Shown one piece after another: positions 38,575-51,295 of a stretch of DNA of 64,000 nucleotides. The stretch's first letter is position 1, and each line of letters starts with the position of its first letter. The translations under genes were made by a program, and so were the position numbers. The notes beneath the pieces were generated by a model that saw nothing but the letters and a program-made list of their open reading frames with translations, was not told the DNA's origin and did not search any database. The stretch is taken from positions 8,236,404 to 8,300,403 of the forward strand of contig NC_057751.1 in the NCBI RefSeq assembly GCF_004010195.1. The letters run 5' to 3'. The stretch is from Chiloscyllium plagiosum. Taxonomy: Eukaryota.

Positions 38575-38870
38575 AATGTTCTGGGGGCCCGGGTTCGAAT
38601 CCTGCCATGGTAGATGGTGGAATTTGAATTCAGTAAACAAAACTGGAATTAAGAGTCCATTGATAACCACGAATCCATTGCTGTTGCTGAGAAAAACCCA
38701 TCTGGTTCATTCACGTCTTTTTGGGATAAAAATTGCTATCCTTACCTGATCTGGCCTCCATGTAACTGCAGATGCACAGCAATGTGGTTGACTCTTAACT
38801 GCTATCTGGGCAGTTAGGGATGGGCAAGAAATGCTGGCCTTGCCCAAGATGCTTACATCCCTTGGATGAA
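38575..38870 (+). mobile_element. Second tRNA-derived SINE family copy
   Basis: B-box GGGTTCGAATCC; tail GGGCAGTTAGGGATGGGCAAGAAATGCTGGCC. Confidence 0.75.
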
Positions 38871-40265
38871 CAGAAGGCGCAGTGGGGGGGACAGGATAGG
38901 TCGACAAGGATAGGAATGTACCAGAAATGGCAGAGGCAGGATGGACCAAATTGCCAAGATTGGGTCAGACAAACCACTGAGGTAATCCACAATGTAACTG
39001 TGTGCTCAGTCATCCTGTGCTAAGACTGTGCCAGGAGTTTGGAACCTCAACAGCTCAGAGCAAGCTGCCATGGAGCCTGACGCCCTTTAATACGTATGGT
39101 CTCAGGAGTCCAAACTAAGCTTATATGAAATTCCAAAGGACCAGGTGAGAACACAAACCACCTCCTGCTGCATGTTGCTCTGCTGCGATTCTGTGAGCTT
39201 CAAAATCTGCTTCAGCAGCAAAAGAAAACAGCTGCTGGAGAATGCAAGACAAAATAAATTTCAAAAGACTGTGTAGAAACTGACTTAAAAAGGCCGATTG
39301 CACCTTCCAACAATCAGCTAAACTCAAGTGAGTGAATGTTTGAGACATGTCAATAAAACAACACCATCAAACCCCCCCCCCCACCCCCACCATGTCTGGC
39401 AGGTACTGTCTTATTTGTGCACTTCCAGATTTCTTTTAGTTAATTTCAGCTATTTAATACTTCACCTAGTTTCCTTCCTCACTTCATAAACACAATCATG
39501 ATGCATTGTACAATATTAAAACCAGTTCTCCAAGCAAAATATGTAATAGGAAGGAATCACATTCCATTCGCACCCTATTGAGCCTCAGAAGCGACTCACA
39601 ATGCATCCTTTGTGAATTATTTTTGTAGAAAAGCGATTATTTTTTGTTATTAGATTGTGCAATTAGATTTTGCACAAAGCACGAACCTCAAAAAAGAGCA
39701 AGTAGATCATTGATGGGTTAATTTACTTGGGTGGCATTGGTGGTTGAGGAAACAATGCTGGAAAGACCATCCAAAGGACCCTTGTTTCCTTCAAATCTAA
39801 CTTTAGGAACTTGCTTGCTAAACTGAACCATTGATACTACTTTCTGTCATCCAAATTCTAGCCTGATTAAAAGGAAACAAATTGGAGCTCAAGTCTTAAT
39901 TTGCATCATCGAGTGAGGCTTGAAACCACAGTTCTCTGACACAATGGTGAGAAAACTCAGTTTCTCTGTCTCGGTATGAAGGTGGGACAGTCACAAGTCA
40001 ATCCAACAGGAAAACCCAGAGAGGGGTAAGAATGTGAACTGACTACCCGCTGGAGTGTTTGAGGTGAGCAGTGTTGATACATGTAGAGAAGCTGGATAGG
40101 CATACAAGAGAGGAAGGAACAGAGGGTTATGCTGATGGTCATCTGAGGAAGAACTTGATGAGGTTTTGGGTGGGATATCAGCACACATGGACTGAGTGTT
40201 CCAAAAGGCCTGATTCTTTCTTGCACACTCCACAGCCAAAGTAACCTCACTCCAAGTTGTGGATC

Positions 40266-40395
40266 ATGATTTGGAGATGCCAGTGTTGGACTGGGGTGTA
40301 TAAAGCACCACTCCTTCATCAGGTGGTTGACAACCGAAAGCTAGTGCTTCCAATTAAACCTGTTGGACTATAACCTGGTGTTGTGTGATTTTTAA
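40266..40395. mobile_element. Family D PLE-like inverted element with split HHR halves and 14-bp TSD
   Basis: TSD CCAAGTTGTGGATC at 40252-40265 and 40396-40409; minus CAC-CTGATGA-AGGAG, plus CC-GAAAG-CTA-GTG. Confidence 0.78.
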
Positions 40396-41121
40396 CCAAG
40401 TTGTGGATCCTTTACCATTGTCTCCAATTTGGAACCGTGGCAATTTGTCTCAACTGTAGAGGCTTTTTCTTTCACTGCCCACTCCCAGCATCATTACATG
40501 CAAGACTCCGGGTGAATAATAGTCCCATTACTGAAAGTACTTTGTCATAACAGCATTTTAGAGCTCAGTGTACTGCATAATGTGTCCCACCTGGAATTTT
40601 TTTTTGTTTAAACAATTGCTTTATATTTTTCCCCATTTTGCAGATCACAGAAGCGTTTTATATTCATTAGGCAGTAAACATTAAGAATTGGAATTTAAAA
40701 AAAAGCTACAAGCACAGAGAAATTCCCCGCTGAGTTCCAGCTGCATGTTGGCAATAATTATGAATCTTGAGAGACTCTAAGGATAAGACAGTGCAAATTG
40801 CATCATCCTGTGGGTAAAGTCACATCATGCTGCATTTGCGGACCATACAGAGGTACTCTGCTCCATCCCTTACCTGTATTTAATTTGTTGACTCCTAACC
40901 TGACTGGCAGGAGGAGATTTATCACACTCCCTGAACTCACGAGTCAAACTAGTCAGGGTTCATTATGATTGTCCAACGATGGCCATGCGAAAATTGGATT
41001 AAGCTTGTCAATGAGTGAAAAGGATGAGAAGCAGGTGAAGGTCATTGGGCCCTCTGAACTTTTCTTGTCATTTAGCACAACATCAGTTCCACCTTTCTGC
41101 CTGACCCCAATATCACTTGAC

Positions 41122-41225
41122 TGCTCTGAGGAAGGCTCACTCAACCTGAAATGTTAACTCTGATTTCTCTCCACTGATGCTGTCAGATGTGCTGAGCTTT
41201 TGCAGCCATTTCCATTTTTATCACT
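41122..41225 (+). mobile_element. Old PLE pseudo-LTR with decayed HHR
   Basis: CTGAGGA-AGGCTCACTCAACCT-GAAAT-GTT-AAC, then GATGCTGTCAGATGTGCTGAG. Confidence 0.55.
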
Positions 41226-41367
41226 TGACTGTTTTTGCTCAACTTCTTTACTCCTGGACGAAAGATGTTCATCTGGATAAGATTCTTGGGAGAAAGAGCT
41301 TCCCTGCTGCAAATGTGTTGCTGGAAAAGCGCAGCAGGTCAGGCAGCATCCAAGGAACAGGAGAATC

Positions 41368-41395
41368 GACGTTTCGGGCATAAGCCCTTCTTCAG
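41368..41395 (-). ncRNA. HHR core (5' strand of stem I lost at the junction)
   Basis: Minus strand CTGAAGA-A-GGGC-TTAT-GCCC-GAAAC-GTC. Confidence 0.6.
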
Positions 41396-41396
41396 G

Positions 41397-41424
41397 CTGA
41401 AGAAGGGCTGATGCCTGAAACGTC
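41397..41424 (+). ncRNA. HHR core (5' strand of stem I lost at the junction)
   Basis: CTGAAGA-A-GGGC-TGAT-GCCT-GAAAC-GTC. Confidence 0.55.
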
Positions 41425-41689
41425 GATTCTCCTGTTCCTTGGATGCTGCCTGACCTGCTGCGCTTTTCCAGCAACACATTTTCAGCTCTGATCTCCAGCA
41501 TCTGCAGTCCTCACTTTCTCCTTCCAGAAAGAGCTTCCCTTCCACCCCCATCCACCCCCTTCCCCTCATTTGGCCTGTACTCTTGCAAAGACCCTCAAAA
41601 CAGAAAGGAAAATGTAAGGAAAAAGATAACAATATTTATGAAAAATCAAATGGCTCATATCCATCCATCAGTCGTTTGACATTCAATTA

Positions 41690-41955
41690 GTCAGGCGTAA
41701 GAAACAGATGCTTAAACACACGTACCAATAGGTTCAAGAGCAGCTTCTTCCCCGCTGTCTTTAGACTTCTGAATGGACCTCTCAAGTTTCAAAGTTAACA
41801 CTGATCTTGCTTTTTGTGCACCTTCTCTGCAGCCTTAACATTGTATTCCTTGCTCTGTTCTATTGCACCTGTGTGATATGATTTGCCTGTACTGCACGCA
41901 AAAAAAACTTTTCACTCTACCTTGGTACATGTGACAATAATAAATCAAATCAATC
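41690..41955 (+). mobile_element. Rex1/Babar-like LINE 3' end
   Basis: RTNRFKSSFFPAVFRLLNG C-terminal motif; 3' end GTACATGTGACAATAATAAATCAAATCAATC. Confidence 0.7.
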
Positions 41956-44357
41956 CTATCCTTCAGGAGTCAATACTGTGATGAAATCTCCAAGAATATT
42001 TTAACCCCAGCTGGCAACACCCATTAGTTACACAGGATCCTATGATAATATTTAGAACAAAATCAGAAGAGTTTCTTGGCCAATATTTATCCTGCAACGT
42101 AAAACAGCCCATCCAATATTTGCACCCTCTTCGCAGAGTGTGGGAGTTTCATGTGTGTAAATTGGCCAAGTGTCTTTCCTACATTACAGTGGAAGAGCCC
42201 AGCACAGAAGAGATCAAATCCTTGTGGGATTGCGAGGCCAGCACTGTTAAGCACTGAAGAAGGATTGCAATGCACAACTTGTAACTTTATTTCTTTCTTT
42301 CTCAACTTTGTACCCAAGATTTTGTACTTAGGTACCCTTGTGCCTAAGATGGTACCAGGAATGGCGTCTTTGTACACTTTTCTCTGTACTCCCGTATCAC
42401 TCTACTTGAGTACACATGACTATAATGTTAAAGTGACAAAGTACTTGGTTGGTTGAGGTTGTGAAAGATGCAATTTAAGTGAATGTCTTTGTTTTATAAA
42501 CAGATGAGAGCACATGACAGACAAATGCATGACTCATGAAATGGGATCTTCGCCTATTTAGACAAAACCTACTCCCAATTTACAGGATTACAATGTAGTG
42601 GATTTGAGCAGAGCTTGTGGAATTAGCACAGTTCTTTGAAGAGAGAGAGGGAGGGATGTCAGAATTAACAAATAAGTGAGCCATGAAAATGTTACAATGC
42701 ATGCAATGAAGGATCCAGGAACAATGTCATAGAGTCCCTCTGAACAGGCTTAATCTCCTCATACTGTGACTTTTATCTGCTTCCATCACAAAAGCATTGG
42801 ATTCCCACTGCATTGTGATTCCTGATGAGCTATCCAGTCACTTTGACGAATAAAGTTCAGTGTGGATTTAGAAGTCATTGCCTATGACACTAATATTCAG
42901 TCATTACCCTGCTGTTTGAGATTGGATTCAGTGGTTTAACAAGACAAAATAGTCTTCTTTCCCTCCATTATCCCCTGCAGTGATAAATAAAACTTCTGTC
43001 GTTTTTTGCACCAAGAATAACACATTCAGCTCATCAGTGCAGTGATACCTTGTATTGCTGTTAGAGATGAAAGCTAGGGGCTATTTGGATTGCACTTAGC
43101 TTTGAGGTGACATGCATTTTTACAGGATTGTCTTCCCAGTGACAATAGGAAGAAGATAGTTTGCAGATAGATTTTGTGCTAATACCTTATGCAATTAAGT
43201 TTTAAAACTTAGAGTGCTATACCTGCCTGTGCTTGAAAAGGTTAACTTGGAGCCCTCATGGTTGGAAAGGGTTCTCATTGGTATTCTTTCTGTCATCACA
43301 TTAGCTCAGACCAAGTTAAGTTCCAGGTTTACTTTAAAACGACGCCTCACTTTGCAAGACTGCAGAGCAACAAACTTTGAGCTTTCCAGGGCTCAACTTT
43401 TTTCAAAACAAATGCTAACGTGAGACTACTGAGGTCATGGGGGACATCATTGATGTCACAGATTACCTCAGAGGTTCAGAAGATGTACACCTTCTCTTCC
43501 AAATGTTGTTCCCAAGTCAGATTCCTGACACATCAGTTACTCTGTGCCAATCTATTCATGGAATGTGGGTGTCACTGGCTTGGCCAGGGTCTGTTGATCA
43601 TCCTTAATTACCCTAGACAAGGCAGTGGTGAACTGGCTTCTTGAAACACTGAAGTTCTATGTGTGCAAGGACATCCTTGCTGTTTGGAATGCAGTTCAGT
43701 GCTGCTAAAGCTTTGTTCTCACGCCGATCTTCATCATTCACTCCACACTTGTTTTTCATTTTCTCTTGGTTTCCTCGTGCTCTTTCTCGGAAGGCTTTGT
43801 TCATGAACCGATTATTTCCATCTTTGGGAGTGGCAAGTGTTATGGACCTATAAGCCCCCACAGCATAGTAGACATGAGTAGAGTACTGAAACATTAGCAG
43901 AGTGTGTCATGATAATGCTACAGAATGACTTTATCGTCTGACGTGACAACGATGCCGCTGTCACCTCATCATGTTGAAAGATCTTGGAGGAGTCAGAAGG
44001 ATCTACCAGAATCTAAGAGAATGTATGTGCTTACTCTGATATCAATGAAGAGATTAAAGGAATGCTTCTTAGATTGCAGTACTTGGGAGACTAAACTCAA
44101 TTGGACACCCCACCTCGGCGAAATAAAACAACAACCTGTGATGAAACACAAAGCAGAGGAAACTTTAAGTCAGTCACAGAGAGGTGATCATAATATATTC
44201 AGTCTCAAGATGTGGGTATCGCTGGCAGAATGTCCTGTTCATTCACAATTGCCATTCCGAAAATGAGAAGTATGAGCTGTTAGACTTCTCTTCTCCTTCC
44301 TTCTCTGCCCCAATTTGTCAACACCAGAGGTTTAAATTTTCACTTTTTCATTCAAAT

Positions 44358-44648
44358 CCATAAGACCATAAGACCTACAAGCAAACATTAGGCCATTCGG
44401 CCCATTGAGTCTGCTCCGCCATTCAATCACGGCTGATACATTTCTCAACCCCATTTTCCTGCTTTTCCCCTGTAACCTTTGATCCCTTTGGCAATCAAGA
44501 ACCTATCTATCTCAGTTTTAAATACACTCAATGACCTGGTCTCCACAGCCTTCTGTGGAAATGAATTCCACAGATTCATCACTCTCTGGCTAAAGGCATT
44601 TCTCCTTATCTCCATTCAAAAAGGCCTTCCCTTTACTCTAAGGCTGTG
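44358..44648 (-). mobile_element. CR1-clade LINE 3' end
   Basis: CATAAGACCATAAGAC tail; reverse complement of an RRNAFSQRVMNLWNS-type end. Confidence 0.7.
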
Positions 44649-44770
44649 TCTTCCATGATTATCACCAGATCTCTGTGCACCAGTGTCACTCCCACTTGCC
44701 AAATTTCCATTAGAAATGGGAGCAGGAGTCAGTCAGATAGCCCCTGGGGCCTGGTCTGCCATTATGGTTA

Positions 44771-45067
44771 GGGATGGCATGGTTAGCACTGCTGCCTCAC
44801 AGTGCCAGGGACCCAGGTTTGATTCCTGCCTTAGGCGACTGTCTATGTGGAGTTTGCACATTCACCCTTTTCTGTGTGGGTTTCCTCCCACAATCTGAAA
44901 ATGTGCAGGTTTGGTGAATTGGCCATACTAAAATTGCCCACAGTATAGGTTATTAGTAAGGGGTAAATATAGGGCAGGGGAACAGGTCTGGGTGGGTTAC
45001 TCTTTGGAGGGTCGTGTACACTTGTTGGGCCGAAGGGTCTGTTTCCACACTGTAGGGATTCTAATTC
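44771..45067 (+). mobile_element. HE1-like V-SINE
   Basis: GGTTAGCACTGCTGCCTCACAGTGCCAGGGACCCAGGTTTGATTCC...GGGATTCTAATTC. Confidence 0.85.
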
Positions 45068-45512
45068 TAAAAGACATTCTGGAGCAGAGGCACAGAATCC
45101 GAAAGGAGCGAAGTTATGCTGAATGTTGAGGAAACATTGGCTTGGCCTCAACTGAAGTACTGAGTCCAATTTTGTTTGGTCATTGCATTTGAGGAAGAAT
45201 TTGAAGGTTTTTGAGATTGACCAATATCGTTCTGGGGTTGGAGGACTTTGGGTGACAAGAACTTTAGTCAAGTCCTTGGAGAAGTTGGACAGAATTGATA
45301 CAAGTTCTATTATCACTTTCTATTATCTATTATCTTTCTATTATCAAGTTCTATTATCACTGTCAGCTGGTTGTGTCCAGGAATGGAGTTGTCACAACGT
45401 GGAAGAGGTCAGACTTACAGTAAACATTACCCTTTATCTAAGGTCTGCCGGCTAGGCTTAGGGTAAGCTATTAGACGAGGTTTCTTGTTTGGGTTATATG
45501 TGACCTAACAAG

Positions 45513-46575
45513 ACCAGTGATACAGACCACTTTATTTGTAAATTGACATTAACCCTTCACACTGCAGAGGTGTTCAAAACCATGAGGAATGCAGACAGAC
45601 TTCACAGAGAAATGGTTCCCATTGGCAGAAGGGTTGGAGAACCAGAAAGAGCTAGGAAAAAGAACCAACCTTTCACTCAGATTTTTCTTTGTCATGGAAC
45701 AGAGTGTCAGAGAATCAGTCATACATCATGGAAACAGACGCTTCAGCCCAACCAGTCCATGCCATCCCTAATTCCAAACTAAACCAGTCCAACCTGCCTG
45801 AGCTTGGTCGCCATCCCTCCAAACATTCCTTATTCATGTGCGTATCTAAACATATTTTAAGCTTGTAATTATTTCCGAATCCAAAACTTCCTCTGGAAAT
45901 TCATTCTAAACACGAACCACTCTCTGTGTAAAAAAATCCACCCTCACGTCTTTTTTAAGTATTTGTCCTCTCACCTCTGGTCCTGAAATCCCCTGTCTGC
46001 CATTCACCTTATCTATATTCCTCATGATTTTATAAACCTCTGTGAGCTCAGCTCTCAACTTCTTACACTCAAGTGAAAAAAATTCCAGAATTTCCAGCCT
46101 CTCCTTGTAACTCAAATCCTCCATTCCAGGCAACATCCTGGTAAATCTTTTCTGAATCTTCTAAAGTTTACTAGTTTCTTTCCTGTAACAGGGTGACCAG
46201 AACTGGACACTGTACTCCAGAAGAGGTCTCACCAAAGTCTTGTACAAGCTCAACATGATATCCCAATTTGTATATCCAAAGCAATGAAGGCACGCATGTG
46301 AAATGTCTTTTCAACCACCCTGTCTATGTGTGATGCAAACTTCAAAGATTGTGTACCTGAACCCCAAGGTCTTTCTGTTCCACCGCACTACCAGTGATAC
46401 AGACCATCTTATTTGCAAATTGACATTAACCCTTCACACTGTTCAAAACCATGAGGAATGCAGACAGGCTTCACAGAGAAACGGTTCACACAGGCAGAAG
46501 GGTTGGAGAACCAGAGGACAAGTGATGGAAAGAGATAGGGAAAAGAACCAACTTTACACTCGGGAAATTTCTCTT
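45513..46575 (+). repeat. Diverged direct duplication of about 175 bp (45513-45690, 46390-46575) flanking a LINE fragment
   Basis: Both copies start ACCAGTGATACAGACCA and share AATTGACATTAACCCTTCACACTG and GTTCAAAACCATGAGGAATGCAGACAG. Confidence 0.85.
45709..46389 (-). mobile_element. CR1/HER1-like LINE 3' fragment
   Basis: MLPGMEDLSYKERLEILEFFSLECKKLRAELTEVYKIMRNID...DFFTQRVV. Confidence 0.85.
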
Positions 46576-47330
46576 ATTGTCAGAGACCAAGTGATTACAC
46601 AGACTCAATCGCAGCTTTCAAACGGGAATTGGGTAAGCACCCAAAGAGAAAATAAATTACTAGGCAACAGGAAATAGGCAAGAGAGCAAGATGACCTCAG
46701 AATGGATTTTACAGAGAGCTGAAACAGACATAACAAGATGAAATGCCTTCGACTGCGCAGTTTGATTCTACGCTTTGCACAAGTTCTTGGTGGCATTATA
46801 ATAAAGGCAGCAGCCATCATCAAATTTCTGATAGGCACGTAAATGCTTCTGTGTAGAAAGCTCATTCAAGAACTGTATTCATCTGAAGTATTCAAGCATA
46901 TAATATTTAGCAATCTGGCTGACAGTGTTTCATTCCTAAAATTATGAATCAATGCGGACCATGAGATAACAGCAGTTATAGCTGCAGTAATCCTGTCTGT
47001 ACAGACAGACATCATTCTTTGCAAATCATTGGATGCACTCTTAATTGTTTGTCCACAATCAAGTGCATTGAGGTAGAAAATATTTGTTTTCCCATAAAAG
47101 TCCAGTTGATGCTTGAAGTGATTGTTGGTCGTGCTCTCATTATGGGTGAAAACTCCAGACGACAGGCATGGACAAAATCTCAGTCCATGTTCCAGTGGCA
47201 GTGGACTGAGGGAGGCTGGGCTGGCCAAGGGCTATTCTGCTCAGATGAGACATTAAACCACGGCGCCATCTGCTCTTGGAGGTGGGAAGTAAGTGGAGTC
47301 AATGGCCCAGTGTTATTATTGCCAGACTAG

Positions 47331-47612
47331 TGGAGTGTAAGAGGCTGAGGGGTGACTGTATAGATGTTTATAAAATCACGAGGGGCACGGATAGGGTGAA
47401 TAGCCAAGGCCTTTCTCCGCAGGGGTGGAGGAGTCCAAAACTGGAGGGCATCAGTTTCGGGTGAGAGGGAAAAGGTTTAACAGGGACATAAGGTGCAACG
47501 TTTTCAGGCAGAGAGTAGTGCATGTATGGAACAAGCCGCCAGAGTTGGTGGTGGAGGCTGGTACAATTACAACATTGAAGAGCCATCTGGACGGGTACAT
47601 GAACAGAAAAGG
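47331..47612 (+). mobile_element. CR1/HER1-like LINE fragment
   Basis: RLRGDCIDVYKITRG and FRQRVVHVWNKPPELVVEAGTITTLKSHLDGYMNRKG. Confidence 0.82.
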
Positions 47613-47616
47613 TTCA

Positions 47617-47855
47617 GAAATCTGAAACTGAGTCTGGTGATGAGCAGGAAACCCATTGTTGACTGTTGGGAAAAATGTCCCATTGGGTTCACTAACATCC
47701 TTCCCGAAACAAAACAGCCATCCTCCTTGGTCTGGCCTACATGTGACTCCAGCCCCACACCAATATGGTTTACTCTTAGTTGCCCTCCAATTACAGTTGG
47801 ACAATAAATGGTGGTCTTGCCAGCGACGCCACCATCCTGTAAACTCGGAACTTTA
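47617..47855 (+). mobile_element. Second SINE family, 3' part
   Basis: TGGTCTGGCCTACATGTGACTCCAG...CAATAAATG...CCAGCGACGCC. Confidence 0.65.
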
Positions 47856-50800
47856 AAAAAATATGGTCTGCAATGCTTTTGAAATAAAAACAGTGCAGGT
47901 TTCCCCAGCGCCCTGGTCTTGAGTTAATCCTGAACCCAACTTGATTGATGAGTAGGACCTGCTCATTATGACAATGCTGCTTTGCAGGAGTGTGTAGTGT
48001 GCTGATTGGCTGCTGCAGGTAACCTCAAGAAAGCACCTGATTCAGTGTAAAGCATTTCAGGACGTCCAGTGGTTGTGAGAGGCACCATAGCTCACATAAA
48101 CTTTTTTTTTAAAAGAAAGAAAATTCCTTTGCAATTTCCTTTTCCTGCAAAACAGTTGCACAATCCAGCTATTGGTCATGTCAAACCCCGCAATGTTCCA
48201 CCTTTTCTGAATTGTATGCTCCTGTTGCTTAAATCACCTCAAGTCCCACTCACACATCAATTCTGTGCTCGCTAATCTGCACTGATTCCTGGTCTGGCAA
48301 TACCTCGAGTTTAAACTTCCTTGCTTTGAAACTGTTTCACCATTCCCTGTCTTTGTAAACTCCTTAAGCTGTTCAAGGCTTCTGCACTCATCCAGTTCCG
48401 GTTGGGCATCTCAACATTAGCGCTCAACGCTGGGTGGATAATATTGTGTGCTTTGGAGTTCTTCCACAAAGCAGGATATGGACCTCACTCAGTTCCTGCC
48501 TCTACTGACGTTAGGTCTAGGCCATCTCATACCCACCCATCCCTCCAACCCCCAGACACCCAATGAGACCCTCCAGTGAGTGAAGAATGTTTGCTTAAGA
48601 ACCCTCGTTTCCCCTCTTCCATCTAATGCTTGTCATCAACCAGTGAGCGTGTTCAGAAGGGACTGTGGAAACAGGGCTGAATCATAGGTTATTGAAAGCT
48701 GCAGATCCATTTGAGTTTGCACAAAACCGGACAACATAGAGGTAGGTCATTCAGTCCACTGCTCTCCATTCAATGAGATTGTGGCTGATTTGATAATCCT
48801 CAACTCTATGTTCCCACCTTTTCCCCATAAAACCCAATTGTGTAATTGATTGAAAATCTGTTGGTCTCAGCCTTCATTGTACTGAACTAAGCACCCTCAA
48901 CAAACAATTCCACAGATTCGCAGCCCTCTGACAGAAGAAATTTCTATTAATCTCTGTCTTTAGCGTGCAACAAATTATGCCCTCTGGTCCTAGACTCTCC
49001 CACAAGGGTAACTAAGCTTTCCTCATTTACTTTGTCAAGTCCTCGAAACATCTTATATGTTTACCTTGTATGGTTGATTACCAGCATCCATGAAATATGC
49101 AATGTGAACTGAGTGGATAGCATTGTGCTGGGGGACTGGGGAGATGTTGGGGAGGTGTGCGGGGGAAGAAGGAAAACAGCTGAATTGAGGAATAATCTCA
49201 CTTCAGCACGAATACTGCAACGAGGGCACATAAAAATAGCCCTACTTCAGACTTCACCAGGGGAAACTAAACAACGGAGTCACCACACCTCAAAAAGCAG
49301 CAAGAGGCTTTCTCATTTGTTTTCTTACCTTCTTTGCAATGCAAAGCATTATCATTTACCCTGGTAGGCTGACTATATTATCAAGCATCAAGATAACTTC
49401 TGTGGAACACAGCATTTCAGATAGTTAGACGGGAAAGATTAATGGAGTAGGCTTTTCAATAACTCTGTGTTGCACAGAAGGAGAATCGTTTAGCAAGGGT
49501 GTCCATTCTCACAACTAAAAACAGACAGAACGTTCACAACACAGAAACCAATTATGATTCACAAATATGCAGGTTATACTCTGCCAACACAATACAAAAA
49601 TGGTCATCCCCACTGACTGTTCCAGTTTCCTTCAAGTTCTCACTTCTTTGCATTAGCTCCACACTATCTTCCAGAATTAAGTTGCATATTTTCTCATTGG
49701 GAACAACTAAGGCTATAAAATGGCACCACACAAATACCAATGTTACGCGCGTAATAATGTTGTTTTGTCATTTTAATGTAACATAAATTAGGTCTGTGGA
49801 TTTAAGATTTCTAGTGGCTTTACTTATAACTTATCTCAAACACACAGCAGAGTAATCTCCAGTCACAGCCTGTGCCTTGAGGGTTACAGTGCAGGGAACC
49901 TGTGGCCAATGGTCATGTGATAATATGTGGAGAACTGACTCATTTGCATTTTGATCTCTCAAAGGAACATTAATCCAAAAGTGAGGATATAACAAGTTGC
50001 AATTTATGAGATTCTACAGATGTTGTTTCAACTACATGACGCCACTGAGTTGCAAACAGATCTGATAATGTACTTTGATCCCTGATATTCGCACAATGTA
50101 AATCAAGGGCTTAAATGTTAAATACAACATCTTGCGTCCAAGTAACAATTCTAGTCAGCATGATCATAAACATGACATTTACATTTTTCTTGTGCAGTGC
50201 TCAAACATCAGAGAAATGATACATGTATGTTATAACCATACGTGCACTTGCACAAAAAAAACAGCCCATGTACTTGCTTCTCTAAGAGGTGCATTTAACA
50301 GCAGAGAGAACTTTATAGTGATCAGGGACTTGAAGGCTAATCAACCTTGACCCTTGTTATTCTTTCAGTAATCTTTGCTGACAGGTGCATTGCAACCCAA
50401 GACCCACCATGACCCAGTTGATGGTGCATTTTCCTTGCTACTGGAAAGGAAATTGGAAATTTCAAATTGGAAACTGGTTGCTTTTGGCTTCTCAATTCTG
50501 CAAAGATGTTGACGTTTGCTGGGAATCAGTTCTGTGAGTGTTGCTCAATCAGCAAAAGATCACACATGTGCCCACTCTTCGTGCACAAATTTCAACAATA
50601 ATTCCAAGCATTTTATCAGTCAGTGTCACAGGCTGTGTTAACTTCAGTCATAGCTTCATTGACAGATGGTGCGTGCACACCCACACGAAGAGGCTGGGAC
50701 ACCAGGCCCCATTATCCATTGGTGAATCAAGATAAGAAAATCAACTGCTTACCTTAGATTCAACTGTGAATTCGGAAATCGGAAATGAAAGCTCGACAGG

Positions 50801-51295
50801 TCAGGCAGTGTCTGTGGAGAGACAGGGATGGAGTTAACCTTTCAGACAGCACATCAGAACCTGCAAAGTGAGCAGTGATGGGGCTTTGTGACAGACTTTC
50901 ACTTTGGTTCTCTCCCACACACTACACCCCCAACTCAGAACCCAACTCGCTACCTCTTTCCCCTACCCCTGCAGTAGCTTAAAACCTGTAGTATCTCCAG
51001 ATTTTTCAATTTTGAAAGAATTGTCACTGCCCTGAGAGGCTAACTCAGTTTTTCTCTTTGCAGTTATTTTTGATCAGCCGAGTGTTTCCCATTCTTCCAG
51101 GTTTCAGGGCACACCATTCTCACAGAGCAGACCTGAGACTGGCAAACCTCTTACCACAGTCTTGTGGATCAACTCTAGAATTTCCTGCTGCTAATGGATG
51201 AGTTACACGTGGGACCGATTTATGTAGGCCAGTATGAAATCTGCTCAGGATATTCCACCCCCAGCAGACAAAGCCAACATGTTGCTTGCCCATCC

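Larger units (their letters stand above)
41306..41525. mobile_element. Young family A inverted pair with two back-to-back HHR cores and 15-bp TSD
   Basis: TSD AGAAAGAGCTTCCCT at 41291-41305 and 41526-41540; arms 41311-41395 and 41397-41481 differ at 2 positions. Confidence 0.92.

Noticed and set aside
20026..41525. Reading the inverted pairs as MITEs or pre-miRNAs
   Set aside because: The arms are asymmetric, TSDs are long and variable, single-arm copies have their own TSDs, and the same sequence follows a PLE GIY-YIG ORF at 15 kb
45301..45362. CAAGTTCTATTATCACT repeated around TCTATTA units
   Set aside because: Ordinary slippage-type microduplication
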